This document shows positions 47,308 to 58,800 of a stretch of 64,000 nucleotides of DNA, piece after piece (positions within the stretch are counted from its first letter, which is position 1; the number at the start of each line of letters is the position of its first letter). Where the stretch lies: contig CBDHDG010000006.1 of NCBI GenBank assembly GCA_965261595.1, positions 1,672,799-1,736,798 on the forward strand, given 5' to 3'. Under the pieces are notes generated by a model that had not been told where the DNA came from, searched no databases, and saw only the letters and a list, made by a program, of their open reading frames with translations. Position numbers and translations under genes: made by a program. This DNA is from a bacterium. GTDB lineage: Bacteria; UBA8248; JACPRG01; G963555815.

Positions 47308-47606
47308 CGCGGGCCTCAATTCCTTAACAAGGTGCAAAATGGCGCCGCATTCAGATGATCCTCATTCGACGAGGCTCGGAAGATTGCCGAGCGGATGCTC
47401 CGGCTTGTCATGCGGTGTCGATGGGACGGCTGGATCCGAGAATCCCCGAATCCGCCTCGCCCCTTGGACCCGACACGCCGGATTTCCCGACTATGGTTCG
47501 TATCGGCAAATTTGCCAATGGATATAAGCGGAATTGCGTCTTGAAGTCCGACAGCCGCCCCCACCCGATTCCGGGTTGTTTCCACCACCGGGGCCGCCAG
47601 GGACGA

Positions 47607-48324
47607 TCAATCGATGATGGCCACGGCCCGGATAGGCGCGCCGCTGGCCCCCTTCCACTTGACCGGCAGAAGAGAGACCGTAAAGCCGTAAGGTTTGGGA
47701 ATGGCCGCCAGGTTGGATAGATTCTCGACGTGCCAATATTCCCGGTCTTTGTAGAGGGTGTGGCAGGGCCACAGGTCTCCGCGCTCGAACATCTTCGGGA
47801 TGGGCAGATCAAAGCCGACCGCATCAATGCCGATGGTCTTGATCCCCCGGTCCAGGAGCCATTCGCAGCTCTCGCGGATCATGCCGGGATGGTCGGTCAG
47901 GTATCCGGGATGGTCCGATTTCTTCGAGGCGTCGGTCCGCAGCAGGACGATGTCGCTCACCTTGAGCGCATAATCGATGTTCGCCAGCGCCGCCTCCAGG
48001 TCGGCGATCTCGATGGCCTCGCCGCCTTTTTTTTGAGAAAGATCCAGGACCACGCCGGGCCCGTAGCAGTGTTCCAGCGGGATTTGCTCCGCCGAAGGCC
48101 CCTCCGGGTTCCCATGAAAGACGGAATCGATATGCGTTCCGTGGTGGTCGCTGAGGACGACGACGCAGTGGTTGAACAGGGTGTCGGCCCCGTATTGCGC
48201 CGCGTTCAGGCGGGCCGCGCTTTCATGGTGGTCCTCCAGCACCCGGATCAACGGGCTGATCGTCCCCCGGATAGGTCTGCATGAACCGGTGAACTTCCAT
48301 GCTGAGGTCGCTGATCCGCGACAT
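47607..48324 (-). pseudogene. cyclase family protein (kynurenine formamidase-like), frameshifted near the N-terminus
   Basis: N-terminal MSRISDLS...YPGDDQP (48324 frame) and the remainder LIRVLEDHH...DHHGTHIDS (47607 frame) are in different frames. Junction near 48246-48256. Confidence 0.5.
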
Positions 48325-48665
48325 TTTCTCGCCTCCCGGCTTGGTTTCGGCTGCGGGGGATGAAAACCGCCCGTCCGTTTGTTCTCAACAATGGGGACAC
48401 CGGCGCGGGTGACCCCCGAGTGGGGAAGCCGGCCGATTCACGAGGAATGGCGGGCGTCCAAATCAGCTTCCGGCGGGTCATTCTATCGCATCTGAAAGGC
48501 TCGGGAACCGCGACAAGGTTTAAGGCTCCGGGGTGTGGAAACAAGGGAATCCCCGATTTTTCCTCGCAAGAGCGGGGGCCGCGCCCTATTTTCGTGGGAG
48601 AAGGTTTTCTCGATGCGGGCGTGCGCTACGCCGTCACGTCCGAAATCCTCCGTTCGGAGATCCGG

Positions 48666-49706
48666 ATGAATCGGAAATCTCAAGCCATCAGCGAATCCCA
48701 TCCAGCGCCCCGGTCGGCGAGCGGTTGGGTGGCCGCGCTTGCCGTCCTGGCTCTTCTCATCGGCGCGGCCCCCGCGGACGCCCAGGGCTTTTCCATCATC
48801 AAGCCCAAGACCGAAAGGGAGATCGGGAAGAAATATGATCCGCTGATCCTGAAACAAATGGGGTACTACGCCGATCCCTTTCTCCAGCAATACGTCAGCC
48901 GCATCGGCCGGAAAATCGCCGGCGCCATCAACAGAAAAGCGTATACCTATCATTTCAAGGTCGTGGACCAGCACCGGGAAAACGCCATGGCCCTGCCGGG
49001 CGGTTACATCTACATTACGCGCGGGATGCTGGCGGTGCTGAACAGCGAGGCCGAGCTGGCCGGCGTCCTGGGGCACGAGATCGCTCACGTCACACAGCGC
49101 CATGGCGCCCGGCAGATGACCAAGGCCCTGGGCGCCCAGTTTCTGACCCTTGCGGCCGCGGCCGGGGGCGCCCTCGCGGGCGGCGGGGCCATCGCGCCCG
49201 CCATCACGCTGACGCAGGCGGTGATGAGCAACGTCCTGAGCGGTCACGGGAGGGCGTTCGAATTCGAGGCCGACGAAAAGGGGCTTTACTATGCCTGGAA
49301 GGCGGGATACGACCCCCGGGAGGCCTCCAAGTTCATGCGGCGGCTGCGCCAAATCGAGCGGTTGCGCGGGATCGGCTACCACGGTTTCGGCTCGACCCAC
49401 CCGGAGACCACCCTGCGGATCCTGAAGCTCGAAGAGCTTGCCCAGGTCCTGGCCCGCCCCGGACAGAAGCTGGCCGTGAAGGGCGACCATTACAAGGCGC
49501 AATTGTCCGGATTGGTTTACGGGGAGCGCAAGGAAGGTTACCGTCTTAAGGCTCATCGGGCGCGGGCCGGGGAAACCCTTCCCGACCTCGCCGCCAAATA
49601 TCTGGGCAACCGGAACTTCTCACTCGAGCTCGCCCTGTTGAACGACCTGGACGACCAGGCAGTCCTGAAAGAGGGCCAGCGGATTAAGATCGTTCGCAAG
49701 AAATAA
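48666..49706 (+). CDS. M48 family metallopeptidase with C-terminal LysM domain
   Basis: Signal peptide (WVAALAVLALLIGAAPADA), HEIAH zinc motif, LysM-like C-terminus (GETLPDLAAKYLGN...LKEGQRIKIV). Confidence 0.75.
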   Translation: MNRKSQAISESHPAPRSASGWVAALAVLALLIGAAPADAQGFSIIKPKTEREIGKKYDPLILKQMGYYADPFLQQYVSRIGRKIAGAINRKAYTYHFKVVDQHRENAMALPGGYIYITRGMLAVLNSEAELAGVLGHEIAHVTQRHGARQMTKALGAQFLTLAAAAGGALAGGGAIAPAITLTQAVMSNVLSGHGRAFEFEADEKGLYYAWKAGYDPREASKFMRRLRQIERLRGIGYHGFGSTHPETTLRILKLEELAQVLARPGQKLAVKGDHYKAQLSGLVYGERKEGYRLKAHRARAGETLPDLAAKYLGNRNFSLELALLNDLDDQAVLKEGQRIKIVRKK

Positions 49707-49829
49707 CCCCTCCGAACTGAGGGTGGCGGGTTCGGCCGCGCACCCGTTGCTCCCCCCCTTCCCCCCGAATTTCGGGCCACTCCAATCGTTCCGCTATTCG
49801 TTATGGAGCATGCCGGCGGGAGATCCCGG

Positions 49830-52352
49830 CTATCCCACCTCCGCCAAGTCCAGCCGATCACCCCAACGTTCTTTCACCCAGGCCCGCAGGCCCTGGTGCG
49901 CGGGCGCGGTCAGGTCCGGGTCCCGATCCACGAGGGCGAAGGCGTCCTCCCTCGCCTGCGTCAGCAGGTCGGTGTGGCGCAGCAGGCGGGTGAAGCGCAG
50001 ATCCGGGGCGCCGGCCTGTTTTGTCCCGAACATCTCGCCCGGTCCGCGGATCTCGAAGTCGCGGTCGGCGATTTGGAACCCGTCGGCGGTTTCGGCCATG
50101 ACGGCGAGGCGGGCCTCGGCCTCCGCCGTGAGCGGGGGGCGGGCCCGTAGGAAGCAGTAAGCCTTCTCTCCTCCCCGGCCCACCCGGCCCCGAAGCTGGT
50201 GGAGCTGGGACAGACCGTAGCGGTCCGCGTCCTCCACCCACATCACGGTGGCGTTCGGGACGTCCACGCCGACTTCGATCACCGTCGTTGTGACCAGGAG
50301 CCTGATGTCCCCCCGGCGAAATCCCTCCATGACCGCCTCTTTCTCCTCGGTCTTCATCCGGCCGTGAAGGAGCCCCACCCGAAACGGGTGAAGCTCGCGG
50401 CGAAGCCGATCCGCTGTCTCGACGGCGGCCTTCAGGTCCGACCGCTCCGTTTCCTCGATCCGGGGCGACACATGGTAGGCCTGCCGTCCGGCCCCCAGCT
50501 CGCGCCGGAGAAGACGCCACGCGGCCTCCGCTTTCCCCCCCACGTGCACGGCTGTCTCGACGGGCATTCTTCCAGGCGGCATCTCGTCGAGAAGGGAGAG
50601 GTCCAGGTCTCCGTACAAGGTCAGCGAGAGGCTCCGGGGGATGGGCGTCGCCGTCATGACGAGGACGTCGGGGTCGCTCCCTTTATCCCGGAGGGCCGAG
50701 CGCTGCATCACGCCGAAACGCTGTTGCTCGTCGATCACCGCGAGACCCAGGGACTTGAACCGCACGTCCGTCTGAATGAGCGCGTGTGTCCCAATGACCA
50801 AGGAGACGGACCCCTTCATTACGCTGTCGAGCAGGTCCGCCCGCTCCTTTTCCTTCATGCGCCCGGTGAGAAGCCCGGAGCGCACGCCCAGGGCGTCCGT
50901 CCAGCGCCGAACGGTTGCGGCGTGCTGCTCGGCCAGAATCTCCGTCGGGGCCAGCAGGACCGCCTGATGGCCGCTTTGAATCGCCGATAGCGCCGCCCAG
51001 ACCGCCACAACGGTTTTCCCGCTTCCGACGTCCCCCTGGAGGAGCCGGTTCATGGGCGAGGGGGCCAGCAGATCGCGGCCGATCTCCCCGAGGACCCGCT
51101 CCTGGGCGGAGGTCAGGTTGAACGGGAGGTTTTTCAGGAATCGGGCCGCCAGGGGACGATCCAGGTTGTAATCGCGGCCGCGCCGCCGCCGCTTCATCCG
51201 GTCTCTGCGCAGCGCGAGACCCGTTTGCAATCCGAACAGCTCGTCGAAGATGAGCCGCCGGTGCCACGGCGAGCGGCCGGCGTTGAGCGCTTCCGGATCG
51301 GCCGCGCCGCCGCCGTCGGTCATGGCCCCTTCCTCCGCCGCCGGGCCTTCGCCCGGAGGAAAGTGCACGCCCCGCAGGGCCTCCGACAGCGGGAGGAGTC
51401 CTCTTCGTTTCCGGATCGCTTTCGGGACGACGTCGGAGACCTGGCCGGAGAAGTCGTCGACCACCTTTTTCATCCAAACGCGGAAGGCCCTCGGCCTCAC
51501 GCCTTCGGTAGCGGGGTAAAAGGGGACGATCCGCCCCGTGTGGAGGGAATCCCGGCCGCTCCCGTCTTCCTCCAGCTCCTCCACCTCCGGGTGGTGGACC
51601 TCGAGGCGTCCCCGCCGCCGGGGGTTGGAGCGGACGACGCCGCTGAACACAAACGTCCGGCCGGGCCGGTAGCGGTCCTTCATGGAGGCGGTCCGGAAGG
51701 CGAACCAGACAGCGGTGAGGACGCCGGCCGAATCTCCCAGCGTCACCTCGTAGATCCTTCGGCCCCGTCCGATGAACGCCGCGCCGCCCTCGAGGACTGT
51801 CGCCGAGAAGGTTTCCTCCTGTCCGGGCCGGAGGGCGGAGAGGGGTTGAAGACGCGAGCGATCCACGTATTTGCGCGGCAGGAAGAAGAGGGCGTCACCG
51901 ATGGTCCTGATCCCCAGACGGGCGAAGGTTTCGGCCCGTTTCGGCCCGACCCCGCGAACCCGTTGAATGGAGTCGGTGAGAAGGGGCCCTTCCGGAGAGG
52001 GGGCCTTCCGCCGGTTTCCCGCGCGCCGTTCTTCGGCCTTTCGGCGCGGGGACTCGCGGCCGCGGCGAGGACGCCGCCGAAGCGCCTTCTCGATTTCGTC
52101 GAGAAGTCTCAACGCCGATTCAATCCGTCCACGTTTTTCGCCGGCATCCAGGCCGTCGAACCCCCGGACGGCGTCGCCGAGCTTCTTCAGGCGGGTTGCG
52201 GCCGCCTTGGGCGGCCGCTCCGCTTCGATCTCGCGGAGCCAGACCGAGACCGATCGCTCGAGACCGGTGAGGGCGTCGATTTTCGCAAAATCATTTCGGG
52301 AAGCGAACTGAAGGGGTCTTCGGAGCTTTTCGAGGGGGTCCGGTTTCGCCAT
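49830..52352 (-). CDS. recG: ATP-dependent DNA helicase RecG
   Basis: Wedge domain plus superfamily-2 helicase motifs (GDVGSGKT, DEQQRFG, SATPIPR). 840 aa including a basic Arg-rich N-terminal insert. Confidence 0.9.
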   Translation of the reverse strand: MAKPDPLEKLRRPLQFASRNDFAKIDALTGLERSVSVWLREIEAERPPKAAATRLKKLGDAVRGFDGLDAGEKRGRIESALRLLDEIEKALRRRPRRGRESPRRKAEERRAGNRRKAPSPEGPLLTDSIQRVRGVGPKRAETFARLGIRTIGDALFFLPRKYVDRSRLQPLSALRPGQEETFSATVLEGGAAFIGRGRRIYEVTLGDSAGVLTAVWFAFRTASMKDRYRPGRTFVFSGVVRSNPRRRGRLEVHHPEVEELEEDGSGRDSLHTGRIVPFYPATEGVRPRAFRVWMKKVVDDFSGQVSDVVPKAIRKRRGLLPLSEALRGVHFPPGEGPAAEEGAMTDGGGAADPEALNAGRSPWHRRLIFDELFGLQTGLALRRDRMKRRRRGRDYNLDRPLAARFLKNLPFNLTSAQERVLGEIGRDLLAPSPMNRLLQGDVGSGKTVVAVWAALSAIQSGHQAVLLAPTEILAEQHAATVRRWTDALGVRSGLLTGRMKEKERADLLDSVMKGSVSLVIGTHALIQTDVRFKSLGLAVIDEQQRFGVMQRSALRDKGSDPDVLVMTATPIPRSLSLTLYGDLDLSLLDEMPPGRMPVETAVHVGGKAEAAWRLLRRELGAGRQAYHVSPRIEETERSDLKAAVETADRLRRELHPFRVGLLHGRMKTEEKEAVMEGFRRGDIRLLVTTTVIEVGVDVPNATVMWVEDADRYGLSQLHQLRGRVGRGGEKAYCFLRARPPLTAEAEARLAVMAETADGFQIADRDFEIRGPGEMFGTKQAGAPDLRFTRLLRHTDLLTQAREDAFALVDRDPDLTAPAHQGLRAWVKERWGDRLDLAEVG

Positions 52353-52658
52353 CGGGGGTGCTTGTCATCTCCACGCGGGGCGGGAGGAGTTCGGGCGCCG
52401 ATTGCCGAAACGGCGCCGATTCAGCCCGGGCTTCAGTCGGGACCTGAAAACGGCAAGGCTTCCATCCATCCGGCCGGCCGGCGGGAAAGGCGGCGGCGCC
52501 GCCCCTGTATTTTACACCGGCCGATCCGGACTTGCCGCGGCCGGCCGGCCGGCGAAAAAAGATTTGCGAGGACCGCGGCCAGGTGATAGTTTACGAGGGT
52601 TGTCCATCCGGTTTTCAGAGTTGACACCCGTTGAAGGGCCATTCTGGGGGTTCAGGCT

Positions 52659-52892
52659 GTGGCGAAGCGATGTGACGTTTGCGGAAAAGGTCCGGTTGTC
52701 GGGAACCGGGTGAGCCACGCCCACAAGGTCTCGAAGAGGCGTTGGGAGCCCAACCTCCAGCGGGTCCGCGTTCAGGTGAACGGCGGCGTCCGCCGGCTAT
52801 CGGTGTGCACCTCCTGCATCCGGTCCGGAAAGATCCAAAAGGCCCCGCGCGGCGGATCGAGACCCGAAACCGAACCGGCCGCGACCTCCTGA
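52659..52892 (+). CDS. rpmB: 50S ribosomal protein L28
   Basis: AKRCDVCGKGPVVGNRVSHAH...VCTSCIRSGK. GTG start. Confidence 0.85.
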   Translation: MAKRCDVCGKGPVVGNRVSHAHKVSKRRWEPNLQRVRVQVNGGVRRLSVCTSCIRSGKIQKAPRGGSRPETEPAATS

Positions 52893-52915
52893 AACCTTCC
52901 TCCCGGCCTTGGTCT

Positions 52916-55153
52916 TCAGACCCGTTCACCCGCCGGCCTGAACCCGAACTGATCGCGCTCGGTTGATTTCCGCTGACCAGGCGCGCCTTTCATCCGTTCG
53001 GCCTTCAACACCCCCTGGATGCCGTTCAGCGCCCGAAGCACCCTCTCCAGATGACTCAGGTCGTGGATCTGAATCCCCAAACGGATGGTGGCCCCTTCTC
53101 CCTCCGGCCGGGTGTCGGCATGCATGTGGCCGATATTGGCGTCGCTCTCGGCGATGACCCCGCTGATCTGGGCGAGGAGGCCCTTTGCGTCCACGGTTTC
53201 CAGGTGTAACTCCACGGTGTGCTGGCCCTCGGTTTCCGCGTCCCACTCCACTTCAACGCGCCGTTCGGGCTCGTAATCCATCACGCTGACATTGGGGCAG
53301 TCGGTCATGTGGATGGTCACCCCCCGGCCCCGGGTGATGAATCCGACGATGGGGTCCCCCGGGACGGGATTGCAGCATCCGGCGGGCCGGACCAGAACGT
53401 CCTGGATGTCCTTGACTTTGACGCGGCTCGAGTCCGCCGGGCCGCCTGTGAGAATCCCGCCCTTCTCCGCCGCCCCCGCCGAGGCCTTTTTCTTGGGTAG
53501 CGACTGGATCACTTCCGGGGGCAACAGCTTCGCCATCACCTGTCCGGACGCGAGGCGGCCGAAGCCGACCGCGAGGATCAGGTCCTTCGCCGAGCTCAGG
53601 TCGAGAGCGCTGGCGGCGGCCTTCAAGCTCTTCTCTTTGAGCAGGCCGTCCCGGGCGCTTTTTCCGTAGCGGGCCGCCTCCTTTTCCAGGATCTCCCGGC
53701 CCAGCCCAAGGGCGCGTTCCGTCTCCTCGGTCCGCAGGAAGGCGCGGATCCTGTGCCGCGCGCGGCCCGTTTTGACGAATTTCAGCCAATCCCGGCTGGG
53801 CTTCCGTCTGAGAGAGGTGATGATTTCCACGATCTCGCCGTTCTGCAAGGTCCGCTTCAGGGGGACCATCTTTCCGTTGACCTTGGCGCCGGCGCAGTGG
53901 TTGCCCACATCGGTGTGGATCTCGTAGGCGAAATCCACCGCCGTTGCGTCTCGCGGCAATTCAACCACCTTGCCCTTGGGCGTGAAGACGAACACCGCTT
54001 CCTGGAAGAGGTCGGTCCGCAGGGTATGGAGGTACTCCTTCGGATCCTGGACTTCCTTTTGCCAGTCCAGGAGCTGCCGGAGCCAGTTGAACCGCTCGTC
54101 GTCCTTCTCCTCCGCCGGCCGGCCCTCTTTGTAGAGCCAGTGGGCGGCGATGCCCGCCTCGGCCACCTGGTGCATTTCCCCGGTCCGGACCTGGAACTCC
54201 ACCCTGTGCCCCCGCGGGTCCAGGACGGTGGTGTGGAGCGATTGGTACTTGTTGGCCTTGGGCAGGGCGATGAAGTCTTTGAACCGCCCCGGAATGGGCA
54301 TCCAGAGCGAGTGGATGGCGCCCAGGACCGCATAGCAGTCCCGGACGGAATCGGTGATGATTCGAAGGGCGGTGAGATCGTAAATCTGCTCGATGGAGAC
54401 GTTCTGGGCGATCAGCTTTCGGTGGATGCTGGGGATGCTTTTGGTCCGGCCCATGACGCGCACGTTCAGTTCGGAGGCCTTGAGCTCGGACTCCAGCGCC
54501 CGGGCGACTTCTTCCAGGTAGGCTTGGCGCTCCTCCCGGCTGGCGGCCAGGCGGCGGCTGATGTCTTCGTGTTCCGCGGGGTGAAGGAATCGAAAGGCCG
54601 ATTCCTCGAGCTCTTCCTTCATCCAGCCCATCCCCAGCCGGTTGGCCAGGGGGGCGTAGATGTCCGTTGTCTCCCGGGCGATGGATTGTTGTTTCCCGGG
54701 CCCGTGGAATTCGAGGGTCCTCATGTTGTGAAGACGGTCCGCCAGTTTGATGATGATCACGCGGAGGTCCTGGGACATCGCCATGAGCATTTTTCTGAAG
54801 CCGTCCGCTTGACGCTCCTGGGCGCTGGTCGCCTCGATCCGGCTGATTTTTGTCACCGCGTTCACCAGCTCGGCCACCGTCTCGCCGAACATCCGGCGGA
54901 TTTCCTCCGGCTGGGTGTGGGTGTCCTCCACCGTGTCGTGCAGCAGCCCGGCCGCCACGCTCGTGGCGTCCAAATGAAGATCGGCCAGGAGGCCCGCCAC
55001 CTCGAGGGGGTGGGACAAGTACGGCTCGCCGGAGAGGCGGACCTGTCCCCGGTGCACCTTGGCGCAGTAGACGTAGGCCTTCCGGACGAGGTCGAGGTCC
55101 TCTTCCGGCAGGTAGGTCTCGAGTTTTCCGATGATGTCTTCGAGGCGGATCAT
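52916..55153 (-). CDS. spoT: bifunctional (p)ppGpp synthetase/hydrolase RelA/SpoT
   Basis: HD hydrolase domain (HRGQ...HDTVEDT), synthetase domain, TGS and ACT regions. Start at MIRLEDIIGKL. Confidence 0.9.
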   Translation of the reverse strand: MIRLEDIIGKLETYLPEEDLDLVRKAYVYCAKVHRGQVRLSGEPYLSHPLEVAGLLADLHLDATSVAAGLLHDTVEDTHTQPEEIRRMFGETVAELVNAVTKISRIEATSAQERQADGFRKMLMAMSQDLRVIIIKLADRLHNMRTLEFHGPGKQQSIARETTDIYAPLANRLGMGWMKEELEESAFRFLHPAEHEDISRRLAASREERQAYLEEVARALESELKASELNVRVMGRTKSIPSIHRKLIAQNVSIEQIYDLTALRIITDSVRDCYAVLGAIHSLWMPIPGRFKDFIALPKANKYQSLHTTVLDPRGHRVEFQVRTGEMHQVAEAGIAAHWLYKEGRPAEEKDDERFNWLRQLLDWQKEVQDPKEYLHTLRTDLFQEAVFVFTPKGKVVELPRDATAVDFAYEIHTDVGNHCAGAKVNGKMVPLKRTLQNGEIVEIITSLRRKPSRDWLKFVKTGRARHRIRAFLRTEETERALGLGREILEKEAARYGKSARDGLLKEKSLKAAASALDLSSAKDLILAVGFGRLASGQVMAKLLPPEVIQSLPKKKASAGAAEKGGILTGGPADSSRVKVKDIQDVLVRPAGCCNPVPGDPIVGFITRGRGVTIHMTDCPNVSVMDYEPERRVEVEWDAETEGQHTVELHLETVDAKGLLAQISGVIAESDANIGHMHADTRPEGEGATIRLGIQIHDLSHLERVLRALNGIQGVLKAERMKGAPGQRKSTERDQFGFRPAGERV

Positions 55154-55232
55154 GTGCGTTTCATGGACCCCCGGCCTGTTGTATCCCGCCAACCGGCCGG
55201 GCGGGACGGCCGGGTCGGGTCGGTCTCCCGGG

Positions 55233-55460
55233 TCAAAGCCGGCTCCCCGCGCCGGGTTTCCGGCGGCTCGACGCGGAGGCGTCTTCTTCGTCGTCCCTGG
55301 AAGGGGTGACGTCGATTTCGCCGGATTCCTTCATGGTCCGCTTGAAGCCTTTGATGGCCTTCGCCAGACCGGAACTCACTTCGGGCAGCCGCTTGCCGCC
55401 CACCAGGAGGAGGATGATTCCCGCGATGATCAGGATTTCAAACAACCCGAAGCCCATCAT
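55233..55460 (-). CDS. tatA: twin-arginine translocase subunit TatA/E
   Basis: MGFGLFEILIIAGIILLLVGGKRLPEV... typical TatA TM plus amphipathic helix. Confidence 0.8.
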   Translation of the reverse strand: MMGFGLFEILIIAGIILLLVGGKRLPEVSSGLAKAIKGFKRTMKESGEIDVTPSRDDEEDASASSRRKPGAGSRL

Positions 55461-55867
55461 TCGCCGCCACCTTGAGCGTTGAGCAAACCTCCCCGTCCCG
55501 CGACACCAGCGGTTTCGCGGGACACCACCCCATGTTCTGACGATAGGTCCCGAAGGCCCGGAATGTCAAGGAAATCAGGGCGGTGAGTCAGCGACAAGCC
55601 GGTGACTCACCGCCCTCAGGCGCGCGTTCAAAGGTTGTGGGCGGACGAGACGCCGAAGGGAGGGGAGGGGGCGGGGAAGGGGGGCGATGAACGGGGAGGC
55701 CGAATCGATGTTCTGTCCGCGCCCAGCGGGAGTCGCGGCGCGGCGGGGGCGCTCCGCCGGGTCCGCAAGCCGATTGGAAGGACGCGTCTTTCGGATTTCT
55801 ATCAGAAGATGAATCCGGATGATTCACACGGGCGGGGCCGGGTGAATCATCATCATTCCGTCCGCTC

Positions 55868-58800
55868 TTACTCCAGGCGCACGGTCCGATCGCCCAGGAG
55901 GTCCTCCACGCGGTCGAGCATCTCGCCCGAGGGGTCCACGCGGAATTCGGGGAACCGGCGCGATTCCCGCCGCCGGCCGAAGTCGAACTGGAGGGACAGC
56001 GGGAACGGACCCCGGTGGTCCTCCAGGATCTCTTTCAGGTCGATCATCCGGGCGCGGACCAGCTCCCGGCTCTTCCCGGCCACCGGAATGCGAATCAAGA
56101 CGCCCCCCCCCCCCCCCCCGCCCGCCGACAGGGCGGTGATCTTCTCGGCCTTGATGGTGACGCTGCTTTCTCCCTGCTCGGCCGTCCCGGCGAGCAGGAT
56201 CGGCTCCTCTCCCTCCAGGAGCGAGGCGGAATCGCGGTAGCAGTCGGGAAACACAAGCACCTCCGCGAACCCCTCCAGGTCCTCCAGGTTGAAGCGGGCC
56301 ATGAGGTCGCCCCGCCGCGTGCTTTGGACCTTCAACCCGGCCACCAGTCCGGCCATCCGGACCTTCTGGTTTCCGTTGCCCTCCCCCAGACCCGCCGTCG
56401 AGACGGTCGTCAAAAGTTTCAGCTCCCGCCGGAACCGCGACAAGGGGTGGCCCGTGATGAAGAAGCCGAGCGCCTCCTTCTCCTGATGCAGCCGCTCTTT
56501 TTCGTCCCATTCCGGCGCCGGGGGCAGGGGGGGGGCGGCGTCGGCCCCGCCGGCCGCCTTCCCCGGGAACAACTGAGACTGGCCGGTGATCCGATCCTTT
56601 TGGTCCTGCGCCGCCCTTTCCAGGGCCGGATCCAGGACGGCCAGAAGCTGGGCCCGGTGGCCTTCGGTGGAGTCGAACGCGCCGCATTTGATCAGGCTTT
56701 CGACGACCCGGCGGTTGACGTTCCGCAGGTCGATTCGCCGGCAGAACGAGAACAGGGAGACGAACGGACCTTCCTCGCCGCGCGCCCGGAGGATTTCGTC
56801 CACGGCGCCGCCGCCGACGTTCTTGACGGCCGCGAGACCGAACCGGATGCCGGCCGGGTGGACGGTGAACCGCTTGCCGCTTTCGTTGATGTCGGGCGGC
56901 AGGACCGGGATGTCCATCTCCCGGCATTCGGCGATGTTCTTCATCACCTTGTCGGTGTTGTCCATGTCGCAGGTGAGCAGGGCGGCCATGAAGGGGCGCG
57001 GGCGATGGGCCTTGAGGTAGGCCGTCCAGTAGGCCACCAGGCCGTAGGCGGCGCTGTGAGACTTGTTGAACCCGTAACCGGCGAAATGGGCCATCAGCTC
57101 GAAGATGCGTTTCGCCTTGTCCGGCGGGACCCCGCGCTCTCCGCATCCTTTCAGGAAGTTCTCCTCCTGGCGCGCCATCTCCTCGGGCTTCTTCTTGCCC
57201 ATGGCCCGGCGGAGCAGATCGGACTCTCCCAGGCTGAACCCCGCCAGGGCGGCGGCAATTTGCATGACCTGCTCCTGGTAGAGGATGATCCCGTAGGTCT
57301 CCTTCAGGATCTCCTCCAGCGCGGGCAGCTCGTACTGGATGGGCGCCTTCCCTTGCTTGCGCCGGATGTAGTCGTCCACCATCCCGCTTCCCAGGGGACC
57401 CGGCCGGTACAGGGCGACGGCGGCGATGATGTCCTCGAAGGTCGAGGGTTTCATCTTTCGGAGGACCTCGCGCATCCCGCGGCTCTCGCACTGGAAGACG
57501 CCGGCCGTGCGTCCGTCGCCGAAGATCCGGAAGGTCTCCGCGTCGTCGAGCGGAACCCGCTCGATGTCGAACTCCGGCGCCCCTTCGGTCTCCCCGTCCC
57601 CGGCGCGGATCATCTCCTCGGCCTTGCGGATCACCGTAAGCGTCCGCAGTCCGAGGAAATCCATCTTGAGCAGTCCCAGGGACTCCACGTCGGTCATATC
57701 GAACTGGGTGACGGTTTCGCCGTTGGCGCCCCGGGCCAGGGGGACGAGCTCCATCAGGGGCCGGGGGGCGATGACGATTCCGGCGGCGTGGGTGCTGGCG
57801 TGGCGGGAGAGCCCCTCCAGGGTGCGGGCGGTGTCGATGAGACTCTTCACCTTCGGGTCGTTCTCTTGCAGCTCCCGCAGACGGGGCTCCTCCTTCAGGG
57901 CGTCGTCCAGCGAGATGTTGAGCCGGCCCGGGACGAACTTGGCGATCCGGTCCACCTCCCCGTACGGCATGTCCATCGCCCGCCCCACGTCCCGGATCAC
58001 ACCCTTGGCCATCATGCTTCCGAACGTGATGATCTGGGCGACGTTCTCGCGGCTGTATTTCTCGTTGACGTACTCGATCACCTCGTCCCGGCGTTCCATG
58101 CAGAAGTCGATGTCGATGTCCGGCATGGAGATGCGCTCGGGATTCAAAAACCGCTCGAAGAGCAGGCGGTACCGGATGGGGTCCAGGCCGGTGATTCCGG
58201 TGCTGTAGGCCACCAGGCTCCCCGCCGCCGAGCCCCGGCCGGGTCCGACCGGGATGTGCTTCTTCCGGGCGTGGTCGATGAAGTCCCAGACGATGAGGAA
58301 GTAGCCGGAGAACCCCATCTTCCGGATCATCTCGAGCTCGAATTCCAGCCGCTCGTCGTACTCCGCCCGGGAGACCCCCGGCGCGGGGCCCGCCGCCTCC
58401 AGGCGGCGGGCGAGGCCGTCCCGGGCCAGCCGGGCGACAAAGTCGTCCAGGCTGCTTCCGTCCGACGGCTCGTACTGCGGGAGGTGGCTCCCGCCGAACT
58501 CGATCTCGAGGTTGCAGCGCTCGGCCACGTCCAGGGTGTTCCGAAGGGCTTCCGGAAACTCCGGGAACACGGCCGACATCTCCTGGGGGCTCTTCACATA
58601 GAGCTGATCGGTTTGAAAGCGCCAACGGTTCGGGTCGTTGATCGTCTTGCCGGTCTGGATGCAGAGCAGGATCTCGTGGGCGAAGGCGTCGCCCGCCTCC
58701 AGGTAGTGGCAGTCGTTCGTGGCGATGACGGGGAGGTCCAGCTTCTTGGCCAGCTCGACAAGACCCGGCAGGACTTTCTTCTGCTCGGCCAGACCGTGGT

